Shown here in pieces: positions 21,241-30,375 of a DNA stretch of 64,000 nt. The translations under genes were made by a program, and so were the position numbers. The notes under the pieces were generated by a model. The model saw only the letters and a program-made list of their open reading frames with translations, searched no databases and was not told the origin of the DNA. This stretch comes from Christensenellaceae bacterium (lineage in GTDB: Bacteria > Bacillota > Clostridia > Christensenellales > Borkfalkiaceae). Location: contig JAZRSF010000010.1 in NCBI GenBank assembly GCA_045651365.1, forward strand, positions 83,324 through 147,323. Direction: 5' to 3'. How positions within the stretch are numbered: the first letter of the stretch is position 1; each line of letters begins with the position of its first letter.

Positions 21241-22224
21241 TTAACTTAACACGCTTAGTTTTCCATTGAAATCGACAGCTAAAGAAATATCCCCAAATAC
21301 GTCTGTTCTTAAAATTTTAACACTAGGGTTTACCATATAAAGATTATTTATTACCTCTGCCGAAGGATGTCCGTATACGTTGTTTCCACCTACGCTAATA
21401 ACTGCGATTTTAGGTTTTAGGATGCTTAAAAATTCATATCCACTACTATCAGCGCTTCCGTGGTGGGCAACCTTTAATACGTCTATATCGTAAAGATTAA
21501 TATTTCTATCGTGAATGAGATTATATAATCCTGCTTTGTAATTAAGCATTAGCACGCTTTCTTGTTCTTTGGTGGCGTCTCCAGTAAACAAGAATCTAAC
21601 GCCCTTATATTCTAAATAGATAATAGGCGAGAGACTATTTATATCATTTTCGGTTGGGGACAAAAGACCGTTAAAATAGCCGTAATAATCACTTGTGCCG
21701 TCTAGACACGGTGATAAAAAACATGCGAAGTAATTTCTTCCAATAATGCTTTGATATATGTTAGAATAGGTCATTTCTACACCGGCGTTTACCAAACTAC
21801 TATAGGCGTCGTTAAAAACCTTGTATAACGACTTGTTGTATACGTTTGGAATGAACGCTTTTTCTATTTTATACTTAGAAAGAAGGTTAGAAACGTTTCC
21901 TACGTGGTCTACGTCAGGATGTGTTAAAACCAAATAATTGATTTTTGTCGTATTATAGGCATCTAAAACTCTACAAATATTATCAAAGTAAGTCGTGCTA
22001 GAAAAGCCACAATCAATAAGCATATTTTTGCCGTCGTCAAACCTAATAAAAATGCTGTCTCCGTTTCCAACGTCAATAAAATTAACCGAAAAACCTTGCA
22101 CCGTTTTGAAACGTTTATCTTTTTGACAAGAAGAACATCCACTTAAAAAACAGTATAAAAGGGTAACGAGTATAATTGTTATACTTATTACCCTTTTAAA
22201 GATTCGTTTTAAGTGGTTTTTCAT
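21241..22224 (-). CDS. ComEC/Rec2-related metallo-beta-lactamase fold lipoprotein
   Basis: 327 aa. It has a signal peptide and lipobox LSGC, plus FIDVGNGDSIFI, LTHPDVDHVGN and KVAHHGS motifs. Confidence 0.7.
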   Translation of the reverse strand: MKNHLKRIFKRVISITIILVTLLYCFLSGCSSCQKDKRFKTVQGFSVNFIDVGNGDSIFIRFDDGKNMLIDCGFSSTTYFDNICRVLDAYNTTKINYLVLTHPDVDHVGNVSNLLSKYKIEKAFIPNVYNKSLYKVFNDAYSSLVNAGVEMTYSNIYQSIIGRNYFACFLSPCLDGTSDYYGYFNGLLSPTENDINSLSPIIYLEYKGVRFLFTGDATKEQESVLMLNYKAGLYNLIHDRNINLYDIDVLKVAHHGSADSSGYEFLSILKPKIAVISVGGNNVYGHPSAEVINNLYMVNPSVKILRTDVFGDISLAVDFNGKLSVLS

Positions 22225-22230
22225 TTGTAA

Positions 22231-23046
22231 TTAAATTTTTCCTTTATTCTTGAGCGTATCTATATCATTTTTTATTTTAGGCATCATCTCTATAGCCGTT
22301 CTATATCCTATATCATACATTTCGTTTCCATTTTTGAACGAAACGGAAGAATATCCCCTTAAATCCGGATGAAGAATCACGTTACTAAACTCGTAACCTT
22401 TAGCCCAAGGCTCTTCAACCTTGCCCTTGTAGGTTGGAAACAACTTGCCTAGTATGCCACTTTGTTTTGGCTCGTAGTCTTTAAGGTCTATTCCAACTAT
22501 GTAATCAGCTCCCATTCCTTTTACTAGGTCGGCAGGTATAGAATTTGAAAATGCTCCGTCTACGTATCTCTCGCCGTCTATAACCACCGGCTTAAAAAAT
22601 GGAGGAATACAACTTGATGCGCTTGTAGCTAAAGCCACACTACCACTATCAAAAACGTATTCGTCCCCTGTTTCCACGACGGTAGCCACGCATTTATAAG
22701 GCTTTCTTAAATCTTCAATGTTGAGCGAGCCGATTGCCTCGTCGACAAGTTTATATATAGACGAAGTGTCCATATTTATTATATTTGGGAAAGATGCAAC
22801 TTGAGAGAAATCTATTCTTCTAATAAGCTCGAACATATCGTTTGAGGAATAACCGTTTGCATAAAAAGCACCTACAATACTTCCTATGCTCGTTCCTGCT
22901 ACGACGTCGAACTCTATTCCGTTTTCTTCAAACGCACGAATAGCGCCAATTTCTGCAAAGCCTTTCGCCCCACCTGAACCTAACGCTAAGCCAAGTTTAA
23001 GTTTCTTAGGCTTTGGTCGCTTAAATATCCAAGAAAAAAAACGCAT
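22231..23046 (-). CDS. Patatin-like phospholipase
   Basis: 271 aa with the oxyanion GSGGAKG, nucleophile elbow GTSIGS and catalytic DGAF. Confidence 0.85.
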   Translation of the reverse strand: MRFFSWIFKRPKPKKLKLGLALGSGGAKGFAEIGAIRAFEENGIEFDVVAGTSIGSIVGAFYANGYSSNDMFELIRRIDFSQVASFPNIINMDTSSIYKLVDEAIGSLNIEDLRKPYKCVATVVETGDEYVFDSGSVALATSASSCIPPFFKPVVIDGERYVDGAFSNSIPADLVKGMGADYIVGIDLKDYEPKQSGILGKLFPTYKGKVEEPWAKGYEFSNVILHPDLRGYSSVSFKNGNEMYDIGYRTAIEMMPKIKNDIDTLKNKGKI

Positions 23047-23687
23047 TACTTTACCTCTCCGTTCCTTTCGGTAGGTTTTTGACGAACGATTTTAATAATC
23101 ATGATAACCAAAAGTATTATCGCTAAGCCGAATAAAGTGTAAAGAATATAATCCAAAACTACTATATCGCTAAAAACTACTAAACACAACTCTGCAAGAC
23201 CACTAATTAATAAGCCTGCTACGAGATTTCCAACCACTATTGGTAAAATAGCGTCCTTAAATTTTAAGCCTATAAACACGGCTATCGCAGTTCCCATCCA
23301 AACTCCAGTCATAGGAAGTGGAATGGCAACGAACACAAACACGGCAAGTTGCTTTATAAAGGTCTCGCTCATAACCTTTCCGTTTTTCTGCTTTTGCGTT
23401 TCGACAGCCTCGTTTGCCTTAGTTTGAACGTATGCTTCGGCTTTCAAAGCAATCTTGTTTACAAATTTGATTTTTTTAAGTAAATTCAAAACTGGAACGA
23501 GTAGGAAAAAAACAGGCGCAACGACGAGTGAAGAGCCTAAGAAAGCAAGCCCTAGCGACTCAAAGAAATTAAACCCAACACCCCGTGCAAAAACTATTCC
23601 ACCTTTTAACTCGATAAGGGGAATTAAAGAGACGATTATAACTGAAATAAGGTCGTTTTCTATTAAATTTTGAATAAATTCTACCAT
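23046..23687 (-). CDS. Small multi-drug-export-like membrane protein (COG2426-like)
   Basis: It has about 5 TM segments and an N-terminal LIPLIELKGGIVFA motif. The track start at 23702 is a GTG, so I placed the start at the ATG at 23687. The family call is from memory only. Confidence 0.45.
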   Translation of the reverse strand: MVEFIQNLIENDLISVIIVSLIPLIELKGGIVFARGVGFNFFESLGLAFLGSSLVVAPVFFLLVPVLNLLKKIKFVNKIALKAEAYVQTKANEAVETQKQKNGKVMSETFIKQLAVFVFVAIPLPMTGVWMGTAIAVFIGLKFKDAILPIVVGNLVAGLLISGLAELCLVVFSDIVVLDYILYTLFGLAIILLVIMIIKIVRQKPTERNGEVK

Positions 23688-23780
23688 ATTGCACCAAAAC
23701 ACCTTGTTTTTTTAGTCAATAACAGTATAATATAATATGATTAAAAAATCAACTAATTAACTGTTTAAGGAAAATAATCA

Positions 23781-24524
23781 ATGACTACGCAACAAATGCT
23801 TTCTAAATTAAGAAAGGGAATAACTAAATATAAAATGATTAAAGACGGAGATAAAATAGCCGTTGGCGTTTCAGGGGGAAAAGACTCTATAACCCTATTA
23901 AAACTCCTAGCCGAATATAAGCGTTTTTCTCCCGAGAAATTCGACCTCTTGGCTGTAACCGTCGACTTAGGTTTTAACGGCAAGGAAACGGACTTTTCAC
24001 CCATAAAAGCTTTATGCGACGAATTAAACGTTGAATATCATATTGAAAAAACCGACATAGCACAAGTTGTGTTTGACGTTAGAAAGGAAACGAATCCTTG
24101 CGCACTATGTTCTAAAATGAGGAAAGGAGCGTTATACTCGGTAGTAAAAGAAAAGGGATTTAACAAGATTGCACTTGGTCATCACGCCGACGATTTAATC
24201 GACACTTTTATGCTCTCTGCCCTTTACGAAGGTAGACTATCGACCTTTGCACCAAAAAGTTATCTAGATAGAACCGACCTAACCTTAATTAGACCAATGA
24301 TTTTTATTGAAGAGATAGATGTATGCTCTTATTCAAAAGGGCTACCCGTTGTAGAAAGCAGTTGCCCTGCAAATAAAAACACTAAAAGAGAATACGTAAA
24401 GGAAACTATCTCTACTATAGGAAAAGAGATTCCTAACGTAAGAGAAATGCTTTTTACTGCCCTGATTCACCCTGAACGATACAGTCTCTTCGACAAATAT
24501 GAAGAGCAAATAGATAAAATTTAA
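23781..24524 (+). CDS. ttcA: PP-loop ATPase, TtcA-like tRNA 2-thiocytidine synthetase family
   Basis: 247 aa with the PP-loop GVSGGKDS and Cys motifs NPCALCSKMRKG and SSCPANKN. Confidence 0.6.
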   Translation: MTTQQMLSKLRKGITKYKMIKDGDKIAVGVSGGKDSITLLKLLAEYKRFSPEKFDLLAVTVDLGFNGKETDFSPIKALCDELNVEYHIEKTDIAQVVFDVRKETNPCALCSKMRKGALYSVVKEKGFNKIALGHHADDLIDTFMLSALYEGRLSTFAPKSYLDRTDLTLIRPMIFIEEIDVCSYSKGLPVVESSCPANKNTKREYVKETISTIGKEIPNVREMLFTALIHPERYSLFDKYEEQIDKI

Positions 24525-24561
24525 TATCCAACTCTAACGCCCAAGTGATTTTCGGCGTTTT

Positions 24562-25008
24562 TTATAGAATAACGCCTCTACGTTCAATAATTGAAGAAAA
24601 TACTATTTGGGTTTTAGTCCTTCCGTATCTTTGAAGTGCGTTGATAAACTTATCCATTTCTAAAGTGTTTTTTATAATAACTTTTAATAGAATGGAATAT
24701 TCGCCCGTTACCCTGCTAGCCTCTACAACCTGAGGAGAAGAACGCAAAAAATCGTAAAGTTCTTCCTTTCGTTCCGGGGATACTTCTATATCTATATAGC
24801 TAGTAATGACGTTGTTTATTTTAGAAACATCAATTTCAGTATAATATCCTTTTATAATACCCCTCTCAGTCAAACTCTCTATTCTTGTGCTTACCGTAGG
24901 AGCAGAAGCAAAAATCTTCTCGGCAATCACTTTAACGGGTGTTCTTGCGTCGTTTTGTAAAATTTTTAAAATTTTTAAGTCTAATTCGTCAATTTCATTA
25001 TATTTCAT
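24562..25008 (-). CDS. Lrp/AsnC family transcriptional regulator
   Basis: 148 aa. An N-terminal wHTH (LDLKILKILQNDARTPVKVIAEKIFASAPTVSTRIESL) is followed by a RAM/ACT-like C-terminal domain. Confidence 0.85.
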   Translation of the reverse strand: MKYNEIDELDLKILKILQNDARTPVKVIAEKIFASAPTVSTRIESLTERGIIKGYYTEIDVSKINNVITSYIDIEVSPERKEELYDFLRSSPQVVEASRVTGEYSILLKVIIKNTLEMDKFINALQRYGRTKTQIVFSSIIERRGVIL

Positions 25009-25258
25009 AGCAACTCCTCATTTCCTTTAATTTTATGATACTTTATTTTTATAAAAAAATCAAGCCTATTTTTTTAATATTTTTAAGTTTGGACATTATT
25101 TTTTTTAATTTTATAACGATTTTTATTTTATTTAACGTATAATTGACTAAACGCATTTTAAGTGCTAAAATCAAGTTAATAAATTAAATCACTCCAATCT
25201 GTTTAGCGTTGGCGGAAATTATTTCCGCCTTCGTTTTTTTAAAAAAATAAATCAAAGT

Positions 25259-25287
25259 AAAAGCGTAGCGATTAGTCGCTACGCTTT
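25259..25287 (-). terminator. Terminator after the CpsC-like/NahK gene string
   Basis: 10-bp stem agcgtagcga / tcgctacgct with loop ttag. A T-rich tract follows on the minus strand. Confidence 0.5.
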
Positions 25288-25295
25288 ATTGTTTA

Positions 25296-26027
25296 TTATT
25301 TATTATGAAAAATTTTATCGTTTTCTTCCGGCTTAGTATACTCTATGCAAGCAAAAACGTTTACACCCGTTAATTCTTCTATTTCAGATTTATCCTTTAC
25401 GGTGTTGTCAAGAAGATACCTAATTAGGTAATATCCAACGGCAATAACCAAACCAGCAATCGCACCGATTATTAGGTAAATTTTATAATCGTATCTCACG
25501 CTTTTAGCGTTTACGTTAGTCGTTTCTTTTAATTCTACGTTATCGGCAACGAGTTTGTCTTTCAAGTATTCTTTAGCTTCATTTACTACTGCGTTTAATT
25601 TTTTGCCTGCAAGAACTTCGTCTGAGTCAGTATATGAGATAGAAAAAATTAAACTCTCGTCGTTATAATAAGTAACGGTAATAGCACCTGCGTTAATTTC
25701 GCCTTTTCCACCGTTTTGCTTGTAGGTTTTGTTTACAACCGAAACGAAATTATCGCTTTTTAGTAGCTCGTTAACGTCGCTTATCCAATATTGAGATAGA
25801 GCCATATCTTGAGTATTAGAGGCGTCCTCGTTAGACGAATCTACTTCTGCGAGTAGCATTACCGAAGTCGATTCTGTATAGATAGGCTTTTCTTTTAGAA
25901 CGCCTATCCCCAATCCTACCAATAAACCTAAAACTATTGCTAATATAATAATGAATAGATTTTTATAAAGGAGTGAGAAAAACGATTTTTTTGTTGAAAT
26001 TGACTTTCCAGAAGTTGAATTATTCAT
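25296..26027 (-). CDS. CpsC/Wzz-type polysaccharide chain-length determinant (PCP) protein
   Basis: 243 aa. A TM helix lies near each end with an extracytoplasmic domain between. The C-terminal tail is LLDNTVKDKSEIEELTGVNVFACIEY, as in CpsC/YwqC adaptors. Confidence 0.7.
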   Translation of the reverse strand: MNNSTSGKSISTKKSFFSLLYKNLFIIILAIVLGLLVGLGIGVLKEKPIYTESTSVMLLAEVDSSNEDASNTQDMALSQYWISDVNELLKSDNFVSVVNKTYKQNGGKGEINAGAITVTYYNDESLIFSISYTDSDEVLAGKKLNAVVNEAKEYLKDKLVADNVELKETTNVNAKSVRYDYKIYLIIGAIAGLVIAVGYYLIRYLLDNTVKDKSEIEELTGVNVFACIEYTKPEENDKIFHNK

Positions 26028-26029
26028 GA

Positions 26030-27355
26030 CTATACCTCCTCCTGTGCATCAATACAAGCAATGACTGGGCATTCGGCGATTTTCTCTGCTTCTTCCTTAG
26101 ACTTAATAGTTTTATCAAGCACGTAAACTAGATAAACGCTAATCAGACCTAGCACAACGCCAATAGCCAAAGCAATAAAAATTATTAACGTGTTAGAAAT
26201 GTCAACTTCACATGAAATTAGTCCTAAATCGTCAATAGTAGTATTTTTAGCCGTAAAGAAATATGAGGATTCTATATTGAATGCTAAAACTAAAAGCCTA
26301 ACTTTTTCTTTGGCTAGAGTTTCGTCTGCCTCGTTGTATGAAACGCTAAACACGAAAGATTTTTCATCTTGCTCGGTAGGGTTTATGCCAATTGCCGAAG
26401 CCTCAATATACTCTTGCTTTCCAGCCATAGCTTTTATTTCCGGCTTAGTTATATCATAATAAAGAATTTGTCCTTGGTCGCTAGTTTGAAGGTCTAGAAT
26501 GCTATCGTCAATTTCTTCAATTCTCTTTGCATATGATTGTTGAAGTTCAGCTCCATTAGCCTCGTCGTTCTTATCCAAGAAAGTTTGTGCGAAAATTGAA
26601 CTGTAACTTATATCATTATTTATTTCTAGACTTTGCATATCGTAATGTCTAGCGTCGTAAATAACGCTTAGATACACTTCGTCGGTAATCAAATTAGGGT
26701 CTTTCTTGAGCAAGGTAGATAAATTCTTCTTGCAAGTATCTATACTATTTTGAAAAAGACTAATGGTGGTAGGGTCGTTAGATGATTGAAGAGCAATTTC
26801 CTCAAGTCTTATACGTTGCATTAAGAAAGTGCATCCGTATAATATTAGCCTTTTTGCAAGCAACTTGTCCCTTACGCTGTCTATAGAGCTTGAAACGTGA
26901 TTCTCTTGTAGAGTTGTAGAAATCGATTGAATTTCTTCCCAAATTTTTCTTTCGTTAGAATAACTATTGATTTGACCTTCTAACGATTCAACCATTTGAA
27001 TAAACTCGTCGAGTTCTATTTTATCTTCACCTTTACTATAAAATTCGTAATACTTAGTGGCGTAATAATTAGCCCTATCTACAACTTTGCCTTGATTGGC
27101 AAAAGATTGAACGGTTGACTTATATGCGCTCATGGTATTGATATCGTCTGCAATATACGCCGAGTCTCCCATTCGAAAAAACAATTTCTCAGTAGCGATA
27201 TAGCTTGGTTTCCTCACGTTAGCATAAGTAAAACCTATTGCAGTAACTACAAAAATGATAGCAAGTAAAAGAATTACGTTTCTTTTTAGAACGTATATTA
27301 TTTCTCTTAGAATGCTTTGATTACCCGTTGAAGTTTGGGTGTTATTTTGTTCCAT
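26030..27355 (-). CDS. Enlarged CpsC/Wzz-like protein with long helical insert
   Basis: 441 aa with the same topology: N-terminal TM then KPSYIATEKLFF, and C-terminal TM then VLDKTIKSKEEAEKIAECPVIACID. Compared with its neighbour it carries roughly 200 extra residues in the outer domain. Confidence 0.6.
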   Translation of the reverse strand: MEQNNTQTSTGNQSILREIIYVLKRNVILLLAIIFVVTAIGFTYANVRKPSYIATEKLFFRMGDSAYIADDINTMSAYKSTVQSFANQGKVVDRANYYATKYYEFYSKGEDKIELDEFIQMVESLEGQINSYSNERKIWEEIQSISTTLQENHVSSSIDSVRDKLLAKRLILYGCTFLMQRIRLEEIALQSSNDPTTISLFQNSIDTCKKNLSTLLKKDPNLITDEVYLSVIYDARHYDMQSLEINNDISYSSIFAQTFLDKNDEANGAELQQSYAKRIEEIDDSILDLQTSDQGQILYYDITKPEIKAMAGKQEYIEASAIGINPTEQDEKSFVFSVSYNEADETLAKEKVRLLVLAFNIESSYFFTAKNTTIDDLGLISCEVDISNTLIIFIALAIGVVLGLISVYLVYVLDKTIKSKEEAEKIAECPVIACIDAQEEV

Positions 27356-27364
27356 TTAGTCCCC

Positions 27365-28459
27365 CTATACGTATTTAGACAATATCTTGTCGATAAGGTC
27401 GGTTTTTCTTAAGATATCTTTTGCAAGGGCAATTTGATTTCTCGCTCTGTCAAGATTATGCCCTGGATATTTGGTTTTGAAATAAACGTCGCCGTTTATA
27501 TAGTCGGTTAAAAATCTAACGGCAAGTTCCACCGTCATAGTGAACACGCCTAAATTTATAGTTTGCTTTTCAAAATCGGTTAAATGTTCTTTTAATTCAC
27601 CGATAAAGCCTTTAGCAAAAGCCTCGTATTTTTTAAGGTCTAACGATACCCTTTCGATATAAGGGTCGTCTTCAAGCGCAGTGTTAGCGATAAACCTAAT
27701 AGCGTCGCCAAAATCGTAAGCAAGAGCACCTGGCATAACCGTATCTAGGTCTAACACGGCAAGAGCCTCGCCCGTGTCTTTATCAAAAGCAACGTTATTG
27801 CACTTGGTATCGTTATGAGTAACACGAAGGGGAAGTTTACCTTCGTCTAAATATTTTTGTAAAAGAGAGGCTCTCTCTTCAAATTGTCTTAACTCTTCTA
27901 TTTCCTTAACGACGTTTTTAACACGTTTTCTAGCGTCCTTTTTAACGGCAGAACGCAAGGCTTTGTATCTTTTTGGGGTGTTGTGGAAGTTAGGGATTGG
28001 AATAAACAAGGTTGATGCATCAAATCCATCCAGACAGTCTTGGAATCTTCCAAACGCCTGACCAACACGTTGAATTATTTTAAGGTTATCAGTTTGGTCG
28101 TAGGTAGTAGAATTTTGAATAAATCTATAACAACGCCAATAATCGCCTTGGTCGTCCTTACAATAAGGTCTTGCCTTTTTCTTTGAAAGGAAAACTCTTA
28201 AAACGAATCTTTTTGTAGAAAGACCTTTCTTAATAACGTTTTGTCTAACGTAGTCGGTAACGCTAACGATATTTTTCATTAATTTTTTAGGCTTTTTAAA
28301 TACCGACTTGTTAATTCTTTGAACTATATAATCTTTTCTCATGCCGTCACGTATATATTCTACGTGATAGGTGCAATTTATAATGCCAGTTGAAAGTTCC
28401 TTACAACTGACGTATTTACCACCTATGTCAAACGACGAGCAAATTTCCTGAATAGTCAA
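27365..28459 (-). CDS. nahK: N-acetylhexosamine 1-kinase-like (APH-fold) sugar kinase
   Basis: 364 aa. PLRVTHNDTKCNNVAFD...LDLDTVMPGALAYDFGDAIRF...TALEDD...RFLTDYINGDVYFKTKYPGHNL closely parallels Bifidobacterium NahK as I remember it. The start is TTG, preceded by GGGGGAAG. Confidence 0.75.
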   Translation of the reverse strand: MTIQEICSSFDIGGKYVSCKELSTGIINCTYHVEYIRDGMRKDYIVQRINKSVFKKPKKLMKNIVSVTDYVRQNVIKKGLSTKRFVLRVFLSKKKARPYCKDDQGDYWRCYRFIQNSTTYDQTDNLKIIQRVGQAFGRFQDCLDGFDASTLFIPIPNFHNTPKRYKALRSAVKKDARKRVKNVVKEIEELRQFEERASLLQKYLDEGKLPLRVTHNDTKCNNVAFDKDTGEALAVLDLDTVMPGALAYDFGDAIRFIANTALEDDPYIERVSLDLKKYEAFAKGFIGELKEHLTDFEKQTINLGVFTMTVELAVRFLTDYINGDVYFKTKYPGHNLDRARNQIALAKDILRKTDLIDKILSKYV

Positions 28460-28626
28460 CTCTTCCCCCTATTTACGACTTAATCTCGTAAAATTTTTTA
28501 AAGTAAGCAAAAATTTTCAAGCGCACTTTCGCTCGAAAAGGATAACCCTACTTACATTTTAACATATTTTTCTAAAAAATCAACACAAAAAAGCATTTAT
28601 CAGGCATATTTTGTGTATTTTTACCC

Positions 28627-30282
28627 TTAAATGAACCTTTTATCTTCTACTTGAACAACTTTTTGGCAAGATTGAGTTGCCGTATGTCTATGCGAAATTA
28701 AAATTATGGTTTTGCTTTCTAACGATAGAAGATTTTTTATAACCTTTTGTTCGGTTATCTCGTCTAATGAACCCGTAGCCTCGTCTAATAACATTATTGG
28801 CGCACCACTTAAAACTGCACGAGAAATGGCAATACGTTGTATTTGACCTTCTGAAAGTCCTAGCCCATTCTCACCTACAATGGTATCTAACTTATTAGGT
28901 AAATTATCTATAAATTCATCTGCGCAACTTACTTTAAGCGCATTGTTAATTTCTTCCTCCGTGGCCTTATCGTTTATAAAGGTAACGTTATCTCTTATAG
29001 TTCCACTAAATACCATATTGCCTTGTGGAACGTAAGCAAATAGTGAACGAGTATATACGGTAACGGGCATATTTTCGCTCTCTAAATCTAGGTAAATATC
29101 CCCTTTATGAACGGGGTAAACACCGAGCATAAGTTTCATAATGGTGCTTTTGCCTATTCCCGAAACGCCCGTTATGGCAACCGACTGACCCTTTTCTATG
29201 GTTAGAGATGCGTTGTCGTAAACGTCTTCTCTATCGCCGTATCCAAAGCAAATATCCTTTATTTCGATTGAACGAAGTTTAGTATAAACGTCGTCTACGT
29301 CAACCATTTGAATAGCATTATCTTGTTCTAGGTCTTCAATTTCCATAATTCTTTCGGTAGATGCCGTGGTTGCATATAGTTTAGGCATTAAACCAGAAAG
29401 TGTAGCGAAAGGAACTTGAACGCTATTAACTAATTGAAGAATAGCCGATAAGTCGCCATATCCAAAGCCAGGAACTCCCTTAAATAACTTTATAGCACCA
29501 AAAATTAAAGCGAAAACATAGCCTGCGCTAAAAATGAAATTATAGGTCGCATTGCCCAACATAGTATAGTTACGACGTTTTATTTTAACCTTAAAGTTTT
29601 TCTCTTGAAGGCTACTTGCTATCCTATTGGTTTTTTCTTCAACTGCAAAAACCTTGATTGCTAGTAGATTTTCTAAACATTCTTGCATAAAAGAACGAGT
29701 TTTGCCGTCTGTTTCTTGAGACTTCTTATGTAGCGATTTAAGTTTTTTGCGAAGTAAACCTATAACTAAAAACACCAATAATCCTGCAACAATAAAGGCT
29801 AACGCAAAAAGCCAATCTATTAAACATAAAACTACTACGGCTGTAATTAATCTAGTTACCGAAGCCACCACGGTTGGTAAAATTGTAGCCATTCCGTCTG
29901 CGACTACGCTAACGTCTGCCGTCAAACGATTTTGTAGTTCGCCACTATGATAAGCAGTAATTTTTTGGTATTTCTTTGTTAAAATTTCCTTAAAAAGTAA
30001 GGTTTTAAAAGTAATTTCAAGTCTATATTTAATTCTTTCGGTAAGTCCGTTTATAATCAAACGGAATACAAACTGCAACAACACGATTGTTACTATTGCA
30101 ATTCCACCCACGATAAAGAGCGTTTTATCTTGGTTTACAGCCCCGTCGATAACCATTTTGATAACGTATGCAAAAGACACCGTCATAACAGCGAAAAAGG
30201 CGTTGGCTAAAATAAGCCATATAAGGTTTGCCCTTTGGCCTTTAGAATTTTTTATTAACCATTTAATTGCACTTCTTTTCAT
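28627..30282 (-). CDS. ABC exporter, fused permease/ATPase (type I half-transporter)
   Basis: 551 aa with 6 TM segments, Walker A GVSGIGKST, signature LSEGQ and Walker B MLLDEAT. Confidence 0.9.
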   Translation of the reverse strand: MKRSAIKWLIKNSKGQRANLIWLILANAFFAVMTVSFAYVIKMVIDGAVNQDKTLFIVGGIAIVTIVLLQFVFRLIINGLTERIKYRLEITFKTLLFKEILTKKYQKITAYHSGELQNRLTADVSVVADGMATILPTVVASVTRLITAVVVLCLIDWLFALAFIVAGLLVFLVIGLLRKKLKSLHKKSQETDGKTRSFMQECLENLLAIKVFAVEEKTNRIASSLQEKNFKVKIKRRNYTMLGNATYNFIFSAGYVFALIFGAIKLFKGVPGFGYGDLSAILQLVNSVQVPFATLSGLMPKLYATTASTERIMEIEDLEQDNAIQMVDVDDVYTKLRSIEIKDICFGYGDREDVYDNASLTIEKGQSVAITGVSGIGKSTIMKLMLGVYPVHKGDIYLDLESENMPVTVYTRSLFAYVPQGNMVFSGTIRDNVTFINDKATEEEINNALKVSCADEFIDNLPNKLDTIVGENGLGLSEGQIQRIAISRAVLSGAPIMLLDEATGSLDEITEQKVIKNLLSLESKTIILISHRHTATQSCQKVVQVEDKRFI

Positions 30283-30375
30283 ATTTATGCACTTAAGTCC
30301 TCAAAGGTTATCGCTAAACTTGGCGTTTTATAATTATAACACACTTTTATATATCTTGTAAAGATATATTTATAA

